Source: an uncultured Bacteroidales bacterium
GTDB lineage: Bacteria; Bacteroidota; Bacteroidia; Bacteroidales; F082
DNA length: 64,000 nucleotides
Direction: 5' to 3'
Assembly (NCBI GenBank): GCA_900317155.1
Contig: ONFO01000021.1
Coordinates: 73,865-137,864, forward strand
The notes beneath the pieces were generated by a model. The model was not told the origin of the DNA, searched no databases, and was given only the letters and a program-made list of their open reading frames with translations. Shown piece by piece: positions 26,315 to 35,408 of this stretch; position 1 is the stretch's first letter, and every line of letters begins with the position of its first letter. The position numbers and the translations under genes were made by a program.

Positions 26315-26485
26315 TTATTCTCCTTCCACTACTTTGATTTCGTCGGGGGTGAGGCCGTAAAGTTCGTAAACCATGCGGTCTATTTCTTTGTCGGTGGCGG
26401 CAATTTGGGTGGTGAGGGCGTAGATAGGAAAATAATCATTATAAGTTTTTGGTCTCACAAGAAAGTGTGTATCTTTGCCCCCATG
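26315..26485 (-). pseudogene. C-terminal remnant (56 codons plus stop, no proper start) of an R-M/BREX-type N6-adenine DNA methyltransferase
   Basis: The minus-strand frame reads HGGKDTHFLVRPKTYNDYFPIYALTTQIAATDKEIDRMVYELYGLTPDEIKVVEGE*. The tail ID..VYELYGLT..EI..VE is the characteristic C-terminus of Eco57I-like type IIG and PglX-like methyltransferases. The frame is closed upstream by TAA (26486-26488). Confidence 0.5.
26470..26477 (+). promoter_or_regulatory. -7 promoter box TATCTTTG
   Basis: TAnnTTTG only 5 nt before ATG 26483. This implies a leaderless or very short leader, or a different true start. Confidence 0.35.
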
Positions 26486-27037
26486 TTATCTAATCATTAT
26501 AACCGTTTCCAACTCGCTGCCCAACTCACCCAAGGCCTCTTCCTGACCGACTCCAAACGTTCAACGATAGGCCGCGTATGGCAGCTCCTTTCAAGGTTCA
26601 CATGGGAGCTTCCGCAGACCTTTGTGGGATGGCTTTATTCAGTGTCACGGGCACTCGCTGGTCATGTCAATCGTGTCGATACTTTGGGCGGCATCACCTT
26701 CGCGACGAAATTGGGATGTGGCTATGGTATGGGTGTGTCGTTGGGTACTTTTGTCGACCTTTGGGCTGGCCCTTGGATGCGTGGGGAAGGAGAGGCATAT
26801 ATCCTTGGCAACCAAATCTGTATGCATGAGTTTGGCCATACCGCCGATAGCCAGCTTTTTGGTTGGCTCTATCTGCCTCTCATCGGGCTGCCCAGCCTGC
26901 TGAGTGCCTTTGGTAAAGGCGACCACAACGTGTTTTGGACCGAGATACGCGCCAACAGGCATGCCAAACGGTATTTCGGCAAGTATTATGGCATCGCATG
27001 GAACGAGAATGGCTACCCGACAAAAAACTTGACTTAA
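26483..27037 (+). CDS. Hypothetical protein with HExxH zinc-metallopeptidase motif
   Basis: ICMHEFGHTADSQ motif. I chose ATG 26483 (MLSNHYNRF...) over the track's TTG at 26405 because that one lies upstream of the promoter box. Confidence 0.55.
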   Translation: MLSNHYNRFQLAAQLTQGLFLTDSKRSTIGRVWQLLSRFTWELPQTFVGWLYSVSRALAGHVNRVDTLGGITFATKLGCGYGMGVSLGTFVDLWAGPWMRGEGEAYILGNQICMHEFGHTADSQLFGWLYLPLIGLPSLLSAFGKGDHNVFWTEIRANRHAKRYFGKYYGIAWNENGYPTKNLT

Positions 27038-27043
27038 CGGTTA

Positions 27044-27589
27044 TTAAATCACCTTTTCATTTACTACACGCCACTCGCCAGGCTGTAAGTCACCCAGCGC
27101 TATGTTGCCAATCTTGACGCGGATCAGACGCAATGTGGGAAACCCCACAGCGGCGGTCATGTGGCGCACCTGCCGGTTCTTGCCTTCGATGAGGGTGAGA
27201 CGCACCCAGCTGGTCGGGATGTTGGCACGGTAGCGGATAGGTGGCACACGCTCCCAAAGGTTTTCAGGTGCTTCCACGATTTCCGCTTGGCAGGGTTTGG
27301 TGCGGTAGCCTTTGATGGTCACACCTCTTTTCAACTGGTTGACCGCCTCTTGCGTGATTTGTCCATCGACTTGGGCAAGATAAGTACGCGGATGCTCAAA
27401 CTTCGGGTCAAGTAGCTTTTTGATGAGCGGTCCGTTGTCGGTGAGGAGTAAGGCCCCCTCGCTGTCGTGGTCGAGGCGGCCTGCGGCATAGATATTAGGC
27501 GGGAAACCGAACTCGTCGAGGGCGCGATGTCCGGCCTCGGGAGTGAACTGGCTGAGTACGCCAAAGGGCTTGTTGAAGATAATCACCAT
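27044..27589 (-). CDS. rluE: 23S rRNA pseudouridine synthase, RluE-like (RsuA family)
   Basis: IIFNKPFGVLSQFT and catalytic AAGRLDHDSEGALLLTDNG, at the expected RluE length of 181 aa. Confidence 0.8.
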   Translation of the reverse strand: MVIIFNKPFGVLSQFTPEAGHRALDEFGFPPNIYAAGRLDHDSEGALLLTDNGPLIKKLLDPKFEHPRTYLAQVDGQITQEAVNQLKRGVTIKGYRTKPCQAEIVEAPENLWERVPPIRYRANIPTSWVRLTLIEGKNRQVRHMTAAVGFPTLRLIRVKIGNIALGDLQPGEWRVVNEKVI

Positions 27590-27642
27590 GGCGCAAAATT
27601 ACATTTTATTTTCTTTTCCTGCCCTTTGAATGATAAAATCCC

Positions 27643-27650
27643 TATCTTTG
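27643..27650 (+). promoter_or_regulatory. -7 promoter box TATCTTTG
   Basis: TAnnTTTG, 37 nt upstream of ATG 27687. Confidence 0.55.
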
Positions 27651-27686
27651 CAAGTTCGAAACATAGTTTCTACAGGCTTAACAACC

Positions 27687-29474
27687 ATGCGAAAAGTAGT
27701 AACCCTTTCGGATCTTAAGAATGCCCTCGGCTTAAAAGGCTTCTTCGGCACTTGTATCGCAGGAGCGGCTTATGGATATCTCCGTCTTGGAAAAATCAAC
27801 CGTTTGTTCGACGGAGCTGCTGATTATCAAGGCCGTGAGTTTGCCGACCATCTGCTTCAAAATATGAACATCACTATTGATGTCAGTCCCGAGCAGTTGG
27901 AGAACATTCCCAAAGAAGGCGGTTTTGTCGTGGTGAGCAACCATCCTTTTGGTGGCATCGAAGGCGTGATGCTGTTGAGCGTCATCGCCAAGGTGCGTCC
28001 CGATTTCAAGGTCATGGCCAACTTTATTCTTTCGCATATCCCCAACCTCAAGGAGTGTTTCTTCGCCGTCAACCCGTTCGAGAAAAACCCGGAATGGAAG
28101 AGCAGCGTGGGGGGCATCAAAGGAGCCATCTTGCATATCGCCGAAGGCAATGGCTTGGGTGTGTTTCCCGCGGGAGAGGTTTCGCGCTATCATGGACATG
28201 ACTATCCCGAGGACCTGCCTTGGAGTACTTCCATCGCTCGTATCATCAAGAATGCAGGTGTGCCTGTGATTCCCGTGTTTTGGGAGGGCCATAATTCGAA
28301 GTTGTTCTACATGGTCGACAAGATCCATCCTATGTTGGGCACAGCCCGCCTGACTAAGGAATTGATTAATAAACACGACCAGCGTTTCAACCTTCAAATA
28401 GGCAAACCGATCCTGCCTGCTGAGGTCGCCCTCTACGACAAACCTGCTGACTTGGCGGCCTATCTGCGTAGCCGTTCCTATGCGCTTGAGGCCAATATAC
28501 CAGTCAAATCCGGTGAGAAGAAAGAAGTGAAACAGGATGAGATTGATGCTCCGACGGATTTGTCATTGATGGTAGCCGAATTAAATGCCATTCGCGAGAA
28601 GTCATTCTTGTATTCAACAGCTAACTATGATTGTTATTTGGCGGATTGTGAGGATATTCCGAATATCATGCATGAGATTGCACGGCTGCGCGAGGAGACT
28701 TTCCGCGCCATCGGCGAAGGCACGGGCAAGCGTCTCGACCAAGATGAATTTGATGGGTATTTCAAGCAGATGTTTCTTTGGGATACGGTCAAGCAGAAGA
28801 TTGCAGGTTGTTATCGTCTGGGCATCGGCAGCGAGATTATTCCCAAATATGGTATTAAGGGCTTCTATGTAAGCACTTTGGTGAATATCCAAGAGTCTTT
28901 TTCCGACAAGTTGTTGCATACCATCGAGTTGGGGCGTTCTTTCGTTGCTCTTGATTATCAAAAGGAAGTCCTGCCGATGATGCTTTTGTTGCGCGGCCTT
29001 TCGGATGTGGTGGTGCGTTACCCCGAAATCAATCATTTCATTGGTCCAGTAAGCATCAGCGCATGGTATCCGAAGTTCTATCTCAGCTTGATTGCACGCT
29101 TTGTGTCGGAAAAACATGCTGTTGAGGATGAGTTGAAAGGCAAGGTGACACCAAAGACCCCCTTTGTTCCCGATTATTTGAAGGTGGATTTCGATGTGTT
29201 ACTGAAAAACAACATGAATGGTGTCGATAAGTTCGACAAGTTCCTGTTCCGCATCAGCAACGGTGAGTATCGTCTGCCTACTTTGTATAAGAAGTATTTG
29301 AAGCTTAATGCCAAGTTCCTCTGCTTCAACGTCGACCCCGACTTCAACGACACATTAGATAGCCTTTTGTTCCTTACTTTCACCGACTTCCCCGAAGACG
29401 AAGTGATGCCGCTCTTCCGCGACAGCAGCGATGAGGAGAAGGAAATCGTCAGGAAACGCTTCGGATATATTTGA
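27687..29474 (+). CDS. Bifunctional acyltransferase, OlsF-like: N-terminal PlsC-type O-acyltransferase plus C-terminal OlsB/GNAT-type N-acyltransferase (aminoacyl-lipid synthesis)
   Basis: The N-terminal part has VVSNHPFGGIEG (HX4D-type region) and FPAGEVSR. The C-terminal part has ETFRAIGEGTGKRLDQDEFDGYF...GCYRLG, typical of OlsB/hemolysin-like N-acyltransferases. The start is set downstream of the promoter box. Confidence 0.7.
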   Translation: MRKVVTLSDLKNALGLKGFFGTCIAGAAYGYLRLGKINRLFDGAADYQGREFADHLLQNMNITIDVSPEQLENIPKEGGFVVVSNHPFGGIEGVMLLSVIAKVRPDFKVMANFILSHIPNLKECFFAVNPFEKNPEWKSSVGGIKGAILHIAEGNGLGVFPAGEVSRYHGHDYPEDLPWSTSIARIIKNAGVPVIPVFWEGHNSKLFYMVDKIHPMLGTARLTKELINKHDQRFNLQIGKPILPAEVALYDKPADLAAYLRSRSYALEANIPVKSGEKKEVKQDEIDAPTDLSLMVAELNAIREKSFLYSTANYDCYLADCEDIPNIMHEIARLREETFRAIGEGTGKRLDQDEFDGYFKQMFLWDTVKQKIAGCYRLGIGSEIIPKYGIKGFYVSTLVNIQESFSDKLLHTIELGRSFVALDYQKEVLPMMLLLRGLSDVVVRYPEINHFIGPVSISAWYPKFYLSLIARFVSEKHAVEDELKGKVTPKTPFVPDYLKVDFDVLLKNNMNGVDKFDKFLFRISNGEYRLPTLYKKYLKLNAKFLCFNVDPDFNDTLDSLLFLTFTDFPEDEVMPLFRDSSDEEKEIVRKRFGYI

Positions 29475-29475
29475 T

Positions 29476-29592
29476 GTTTCACGCAGGAACTGATTTTTGT
29501 TTCACGCAGAATACGCTGAATGCGCTGAACCTTCCGGACGAAAGGTAGGCATCGCTTTGCGCTTCATAAAGATCTGCGCGTTCTGCGTGCTA
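29476..29592. repeat. Palindromic intergenic repeat element, copy 1, with an extra partial 5' end at 29476-29498
   Basis: Termini TTCACGCAGAA (29501-29511) and TTCTGCGTGC (29581-29590) are inverted repeats. Homologous to 36868-36960. Fills the gap between two convergent genes. Confidence 0.8.
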
Positions 29593-30156
29593 CTAAATAT
29601 CTTCCTCAGATTCTTCCTCGATGGTTTGGGCAAAGAAGCTGAAGTTCACCTTGCCGTAGTGTCGTTGCTCCATGAAGTGAGGATGCTCCTCAAAATGCTG
29701 ATACTTATCGTGTTCAAGGATAAACATGCCGCCCTCACGTAAGAGGTTGTTGTCGAAAATCAGTTGCACCAGCGTGTCGTAGTGTTGGCAATCATAAGGT
29801 GGGTCGGCAAAGATGAGGTCGTATTGCATCTTGTGCTTTTCGAGGAAACGGAATACATCCGAACGGACGACGAGCAACTCTTTCATGTCGAGTTTGTTGG
29901 CGGTCTCGCGGATGAACTTCACACAGCCGAAGTCTTGGTCGACGGAAACGACTTTTGGACAGCCTCTTGAGACCAGTTCGTAAGAGATGTTGCCCGTTCC
30001 GGCAAACAAGTCCATGGCTTCGACCTCTTCAAAGTCGAAATGGTTTTCAATGATGTTGAACAGGCTTTCCTTGGCCATGTCAGTGGTGGGACGCACGGGC
30101 AGGTTGGCAGGAGCGGTGATTTGCCGGCGTTGGTATCTTCCTCTTATGATTCTCAT
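29593..30156 (-). CDS. rsmD: 16S rRNA (guanine966-N2)-methyltransferase
   Basis: RIIRGRYQRRQI..P....RPT, DLFAGTGNISYELVSRG and FADPPY motifs. Confidence 0.85.
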   Translation of the reverse strand: MRIIRGRYQRRQITAPANLPVRPTTDMAKESLFNIIENHFDFEEVEAMDLFAGTGNISYELVSRGCPKVVSVDQDFGCVKFIRETANKLDMKELLVVRSDVFRFLEKHKMQYDLIFADPPYDCQHYDTLVQLIFDNNLLREGGMFILEHDKYQHFEEHPHFMEQRHYGKVNFSFFAQTIEEESEEDI

Positions 30157-30178
30157 CTTTTTTCTTTTTGACTCGGGA

Positions 30179-31051
30179 CTATTGGTTTCGTGTCTCGAGC
30201 CCTAGTGAATGGTAAAGTGTGTAATAATACTGGAACGGCACATCCTTCAACGCATCGCTGACTTGCAGGACATGAGGGTCGTCTACAAAAATGAGGTTCT
30301 TTACATAGTGTCTACACAGGTCAATGATTTCTGAAGAGGGTAGGATAAGTCCTGACAATTGCACGGTGGTTTCTTGTCGCGAAAGGCCGTTTTGCTCCAT
30401 GGCAAAGAATAGAAAATAAGCAAAGTCTTCTTTCGTGTCGTATTTGAAGTTGTTGAAAAAAAGCAGATGGCCTTCTTTCAGGATGACCATATCGAAATCA
30501 TGGTTGCGCACATTGACAAAGACTTGGGCTTCTTGTTTTGGGTCATGTGTCACACTGTTGATGAACAAGGTGCTTGAATGGGTGAAGGTAGCGTTTCCCC
30601 ATCTGGCTAACACTTTTTCTTTCAGTGTGTTCGGCATGGCGAAGACATTAAAACAGGGCATGGAAGCCATTTTCTCAGAATGGATGGCATATCCATCAGG
30701 GATTTGGAAAGCAAATTCAAGGTATTTGTCTTTGTCGGCATCATTGAAAATGGGTTCGGGTATCAAGGTGTTGATGCGTTCGTCATAAATGCAGGTTACC
30801 GACAGGAAAGCCTTGTTGTTCAACCCTTTTTGCTCTAAAGCTTGGTCTAAGGTGCGGAACAGGAACTGGCTGTCGGTCAGCATCTCTGAATGATAGCATT
30901 CCAAGGCGATGAGGCGGGAGCTTTGGGTATCGAGAAGGGCATAAGAAAGACCATCCAATGCGAATTGGATGGTCAGTCTGTATTGCGATGACTTCCCGGC
31001 ATCAAATACCTCGTCAAATTTGGAGATATTGGGGATTAACGATGCCGTCAT
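30179..31051 (-). CDS. DUF3822-family protein
   Basis: QYRLTIQFALDGLSYALLD N-terminus, plus the conserved Bacteroidetes position next to rsmD. Confidence 0.6.
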   Translation of the reverse strand: MTASLIPNISKFDEVFDAGKSSQYRLTIQFALDGLSYALLDTQSSRLIALECYHSEMLTDSQFLFRTLDQALEQKGLNNKAFLSVTCIYDERINTLIPEPIFNDADKDKYLEFAFQIPDGYAIHSEKMASMPCFNVFAMPNTLKEKVLARWGNATFTHSSTLFINSVTHDPKQEAQVFVNVRNHDFDMVILKEGHLLFFNNFKYDTKEDFAYFLFFAMEQNGLSRQETTVQLSGLILPSSEIIDLCRHYVKNLIFVDDPHVLQVSDALKDVPFQYYYTLYHSLGLETRNQ

Positions 31052-31062
31052 TCATGCAGTGA

Positions 31063-31704
31063 TTAGAGTTTCTCCCAGTTACCATCGGTGGTGGCTTCTT
31101 CCATGGAGCCAACCTTCAGACCGGCATAACGGTTGATGCTTTCCTTTTCAGCTTTGGCGTTGTCGCGGCGCTGATTCCATTCTTTTTCGCTGAAGGCATC
31201 ACCTGGGGTGGCCAAGTAGACTTCATAAGGAGTGCGGGCCTCGAACACCGGGATTTTAATGCCGTTGCGTTCGATGGTACCAGCTTCGAGTTCGTACTGA
31301 TGCTGAGGTTGGCTGAATGGCACCCACTTGATGTCGTTGATGTTGAAGTTGTCGCGTTTGCCTCTGAGGGAATCCATCACTTTCACGAAACCGATGGTGT
31401 CGTTAATGGTGCGCGTGAATGTAGTGTCGGTCGGGTCGGGAACAATCTTCACAATCGGGATTTCGGCCGTCTGGCAGAATTTGATGAGCGTGTCGAAACT
31501 GTTCGTGTACTGGCTTGTGGCGTTCTTGTAAAGCACCTCGGCATTACGGATGTCGATGAGGCGCTCAACGACTTTGGTTTCACGGGCTTTCTGCTCGGTG
31601 TTGAATTTGATGGGAGCCTGGATGCTCTTCACGACTTGTAGTGCTAAGACCACAATAATGGCAAACAACAGAATGTTGATGACGATGGATAATCCTTTTT
31701 TCAT
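31063..31704 (-). CDS. Membrane-anchored hypothetical protein
   Basis: N-terminal TM anchor MKKGLSIVINILLFAIIVVLAL. Lies 11 nt from the DUF3822 gene. Confidence 0.6.
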   Translation of the reverse strand: MKKGLSIVINILLFAIIVVLALQVVKSIQAPIKFNTEQKARETKVVERLIDIRNAEVLYKNATSQYTNSFDTLIKFCQTAEIPIVKIVPDPTDTTFTRTINDTIGFVKVMDSLRGKRDNFNINDIKWVPFSQPQHQYELEAGTIERNGIKIPVFEARTPYEVYLATPGDAFSEKEWNQRRDNAKAEKESINRYAGLKVGSMEEATTDGNWEKL

Positions 31705-31795
31705 TGTAGTATGATTTTCTAATTATTCACTCTTTCTGAATGGCGGCAAAGTTAGGATTTTTTCCGTTATGTAGGACAAAAAAAATCGTTTCATT

Positions 31796-32197
31796 TTAAA
31801 AATGGATTTTGTGGAAATTTAAATATTTGTCATCCAAATACTTGCGAATCTTATCGGCAAGAACGATAAAAACCTGAAGTTCGTTTTTTTCGAGCCAAAC
31901 GATGGCATCGTCATCGCGATTAATGGCTCTTGCGAATGCCAAATTGATTTCAAAGTGGTTTTTGATGAGCCATTCCTCGGCTTTTTCTTCCTTGTCGATG
32001 ACGCTGTCGATGGCGGCCAAGTGGGGGAAGCCGTGTTCCATGAGCCAGTCCTTGGCCTTGGTGTCGCCTTGGATAGTTTGGCTCAAGGCACCCAATTCGG
32101 GGTAGCCGTTTCGCATCAGCCATTCGAAAAACTCGTCGCCCTCAGGCTCAAAGGTGCAGCCGAAAGCCATCAGTATTTTTACAGGATAATGGGTCAT
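31796..32197 (-). CDS. Hypothetical 133-aa repeat protein (four ~25-aa WL-x-x-N/H-x-F/Y-P repeats)
   Basis: WLMRNGYPELGALSQ..., WLMEHGFPHLAAIDS..., WLIKNHFEINLAFAR..., WLEKNELQVFIVLAD... Confidence 0.55.
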   Translation of the reverse strand: MTHYPVKILMAFGCTFEPEGDEFFEWLMRNGYPELGALSQTIQGDTKAKDWLMEHGFPHLAAIDSVIDKEEKAEEWLIKNHFEINLAFARAINRDDDAIVWLEKNELQVFIVLADKIRKYLDDKYLNFHKIHF

Positions 32198-32418
32198 TGA
32201 AACTAGATTTCATACCTTTTCATAATGCTCTATTATTATCTCATTTAGCAAGTCCTGGAACTCCACAAAAGAGAAGCATCCTTTCAAAGTTTTAGGATAG
32301 ACCTTTTTCTTTGCGCGATAAGTGGTTGTGTCTGTTTTTCTTATTGTAGTTGCAGTAGTTTGCATCGGATATAATTTTACTCTGCAAAAATAGAGTATTT
32401 TTCAATAGGTCGCATTTA

Positions 32419-33636
32419 TTACGGCCTATTCTTCTCTCCATTCCCTGCACTATCAGAAATGTTGTTCTTCCAGCCATTGCTCAATTGTTCAAATAGATAT
32501 GGAATGTGGGCATAAGTATCATCCTTCAGCCCCAGCCTGACCATAATCAGTTTTTTGTAGGGATTCACAAAGAGAACCTGCCCCCTGATACCCATTGCAT
32601 AGTAACCCGGATATTCGGGTTTGTCAGCCCCAACGCTGCTTGTATTATACCAACAGAAGTGGTAGCCTTCATTCTCTTCCGAATAGGTCGTTGATTGCTC
32701 AACCCAGGACTCACTGACAATCCTTTTGCCATCCCATACGCCCTCATTCAGATAAAGCCGACCAATCTTCGCCAAATCCAGCATTGTCAAGGCAAGCCCC
32801 CCGAAAGCGTGAGGCACATGATGCTTCTTGCTATCGAATGAAAGGAAGGCTGGAGACTCCATTCCGAGAGGCGTCCAAACTTTTTCTTCGAGGTAATCGG
32901 CATAACTGCGGCCTGTGGCTCTCTCAATGACAATTCCCAGAATCTCGGTGGTCATACTCTCGTAATTATACTCGGTGCCTGGTTCACAGTGAAACTTCAA
33001 CTTTTTGACTTGGTACATGATGTTGCGCCCATAGTTCAACTTGGCCATTGCGTTCAGCCTCTTCAAATCCTTCAGCCTCAGCGAATAGGTGTCGTCGAAG
33101 TCAAGACCACTTCGCATATCAAGCAGATGCCGGATGGTAAGTTTTTGCCACATTGAATCTGCCTTCAGCAGTTCGGGCAGGTAATCAGTTACCGGATCAT
33201 CAATGCTCTTGATGTATCCCTCATCCACCGCAATCCCGCAAAGCAGAGACGTGACGGACTTGGTAACAGAGAACACACCAGCAATCTTATCAACGGACAT
33301 ATCGCCAATGCATTTCTCATAAACAATGCTGTCGTTCTGGATAATCAGCACGCCCTGCGTCTCCGTCTTCGGGCCAATGGCTTCCCACATCGAATTATTC
33401 ACGTAAAACTTGCCCTGGTTGAAGAAATGCAAAGTATCTATCCAGTCGCATTGATTCTCCGCACGATTGAAAGTGAAGACCTCGCCACGATTAGTAATAG
33501 TATCCTTCAACTGTTTCTCATAGCTGAAACTTGTTGGCCCATAAGCACCGTCAGACATATAGCCACGCACAATCGAGCAGGATGTAAGTAAAGTCAACGC
33601 AATGTAGAGCACGGGGATAAAAAGCAGTTTTTTCAT
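32419..33636 (-). CDS. Serine hydrolase, class C beta-lactamase/PBP-like lipoprotein
   Basis: Lipoprotein signal MKKLLFIPVLYIALTLLTSC and SxxK motif FSVTKSVTS. The start is moved to ATG 33636; the longer track ORF runs into the divergent promoter. Confidence 0.8.
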   Translation of the reverse strand: MKKLLFIPVLYIALTLLTSCSIVRGYMSDGAYGPTSFSYEKQLKDTITNRGEVFTFNRAENQCDWIDTLHFFNQGKFYVNNSMWEAIGPKTETQGVLIIQNDSIVYEKCIGDMSVDKIAGVFSVTKSVTSLLCGIAVDEGYIKSIDDPVTDYLPELLKADSMWQKLTIRHLLDMRSGLDFDDTYSLRLKDLKRLNAMAKLNYGRNIMYQVKKLKFHCEPGTEYNYESMTTEILGIVIERATGRSYADYLEEKVWTPLGMESPAFLSFDSKKHHVPHAFGGLALTMLDLAKIGRLYLNEGVWDGKRIVSESWVEQSTTYSEENEGYHFCWYNTSSVGADKPEYPGYYAMGIRGQVLFVNPYKKLIMVRLGLKDDTYAHIPYLFEQLSNGWKNNISDSAGNGEKNRP

Positions 33637-33818
33637 TATGGTTGAAATTTGATGTTGAACACGGGTAATACGGATTTGGCTCGAAAAAGTTACACATTTA
33701 CAGGCTGCAAAGGAAGCGAATAGTCCAGACCGCATTGTTACCCAAACGGGTAATAATGGTTTGAAGAGCGAAGAATTACCCTTTTGGGTAAGGAATGGCC
33801 ATGAATGGCCATTTTTTG

Positions 33819-33826
33819 TAATTTTG
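33819..33826 (+). promoter_or_regulatory. -7 promoter box TAATTTTG
   Basis: TAnnTTTG, 20 nt upstream of ATG 33846. Confidence 0.55.
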
Positions 33827-33845
33827 CGAAACGAAAGCAACAATT

Positions 33846-34601
33846 ATGACCCAAATTGAAGACTTTTTCAACGAGAAAAACCGCGTGGAAAGCATCACGG
33901 AGGCGGATTACCTGCGAATCAAGCCATATATCGAAACAGCTAAAGCCTTTGCGCAAACGACTTACCAGTCTATATACATCATCGATTACTTCAAGAAAAG
34001 ATTTCTGTATGTATCTGACAATCCGATATTTCTTTGCGGGCATTCTGCCAAAGAGGTGATGGAGATGGGCTATGGTTTTTATCTGAACCACGTGCCTGAG
34101 GCCGAACTTCCGATGTTGACAGAGCTTAATCAGGCAGGATTTTCGGCCTTCAATGCCACGCCACGCGAAGAAAAAAAACATTGCTTGATGTCGTATGATT
34201 TCCATATCCTTTCAGGTGGGAAGAAATTGCTTATCAATCATAAAATCACGCCGCTGGTGCTGAATGATTTGGGACAAGTGTGGCTGGCACTTTGCACGGT
34301 GTCACTTTCCTCACGTAAGGAGGCTGGACACATTGAATTTCGTCATTGGGGAACCAGCCAATACAGCGTGTATACTTTGACCGAGCATCAATGGATAGAT
34401 CAAGACGAAATCAAGTTGAAGCCCGAAGAGAAGGAAGTTTTGGTGCTTTCGGCTCAAGGTTATACGATGAAGGAAATCGCCGAAAAGGTATGCAAATCCA
34501 TCGACACGGTAAAGTTTTATCGCAAGCAAGTGTTTGAGAAATTGGAGGTTGAGAATATTACTGAAGCATTGTCGTTTGCTATTAATTATGGGTTGTTATA
34601 G
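33846..34601 (+). CDS. LuxR-family transcriptional regulator with PAS-like N-terminal domain
   Basis: C-terminal GerE/LuxR HTH: EKEVLVLSAQGYTMKEIAEKVCKSIDTVKFYRKQVFEKLEV. Confidence 0.8.
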   Translation: MTQIEDFFNEKNRVESITEADYLRIKPYIETAKAFAQTTYQSIYIIDYFKKRFLYVSDNPIFLCGHSAKEVMEMGYGFYLNHVPEAELPMLTELNQAGFSAFNATPREEKKHCLMSYDFHILSGGKKLLINHKITPLVLNDLGQVWLALCTVSLSSRKEAGHIEFRHWGTSQYSVYTLTEHQWIDQDEIKLKPEEKEVLVLSAQGYTMKEIAEKVCKSIDTVKFYRKQVFEKLEVENITEALSFAINYGLL

Positions 34602-34610
34602 TTTTTTTCT

Positions 34611-34618
34611 TATTTTTG
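34611..34618 (+). promoter_or_regulatory. -7 promoter box TATTTTTG
   Basis: TAnnTTTG, 20 nt upstream of ATG 34638. Confidence 0.55.
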
Positions 34619-34637
34619 CACAAATAATTGAAAGCAA

Positions 34638-35408
34638 ATGAAAACCAAGCAAGAAATAGTTGAAAACTGGCTGCCGCGCTATACTGGCCTGTCGCTGGAT
34701 AAATTCGGGAAATACATCCTGCTGACCAACTTCCAAAACTATGTGGACCGCTTTGCCGAATGGCAGGGCGTGGAAGTCGTGGGGCGTGACCGCTCCATGC
34801 CTTGCGCCACTGATGGAGAAATCACCATCATCAACTTCAGCATGGGTAGTGCCAATGCGGCTACCATCATGGACCTGTTGAGTGCCATCCAACCCAAGGC
34901 AGTATTGTTTCTCGGCAAATGCGGTGGCATCAAGAAAATCAACAAGGTCGGTGACCTGATTCTTCCTATTGCTGCCATCCGTGGTGAAGGTACATCAAAT
35001 GACTATTTCCCGCCTGAAGTGCCTGCGCTGCCGGCATTCAGCCTCGAAAAAGCCATCTCCACCACCATTCGCGACTATGGCCGCGACTATTGGACAGGAA
35101 CGGTCTACACCACCAACCGCCGCGTGTGGGAACACGATGACGAGTTCAAGGACTATCTCCGCAAGATTCGCTGCATGGCTGTTGATATGGAAACGGCCAC
35201 CATTTTCACGGTCGGGTTCCACAACGAAATTCCGACGGGAGCATTGCTTCTTGTGTCCGACAACCCCATGGTGCCAGAGGGCGTCAAGACCGAGGAAAGC
35301 GACAAGGTGGTCAGCAAAAACTATGTCGGCGAGCACCTTCGCATTGGCATCGACTCGCTGAGACAACTTATCAATAACGGTATCACCGTCAAGCACTTGA
35401 AGTTCTGA
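34638..35408 (+). CDS. amn: AMP nucleosidase (short form; PNP/UDP phosphorylase fold)
   Basis: 256 aa. N-terminus MKTKQEIVENWLPRYTG, then FLGKCGG...GD and MAVDMETATIF nucleoside-phosphorylase motifs. Confidence 0.65.
   Translation: MKTKQEIVENWLPRYTGLSLDKFGKYILLTNFQNYVDRFAEWQGVEVVGRDRSMPCATDGEITIINFSMGSANAATIMDLLSAIQPKAVLFLGKCGGIKKINKVGDLILPIAAIRGEGTSNDYFPPEVPALPAFSLEKAISTTIRDYGRDYWTGTVYTTNRRVWEHDDEFKDYLRKIRCMAVDMETATIFTVGFHNEIPTGALLLVSDNPMVPEGVKTEESDKVVSKNYVGEHLRIGIDSLRQLINNGITVKHLKF

Noticed and set aside
27732-28397. 221-aa minus-strand ORF inside the OlsF-like gene, and the 167-aa ORF at 28614..29117
   Set aside because: Both are antisense shadows of a gene that has acyltransferase and GNAT motifs and a promoter box.
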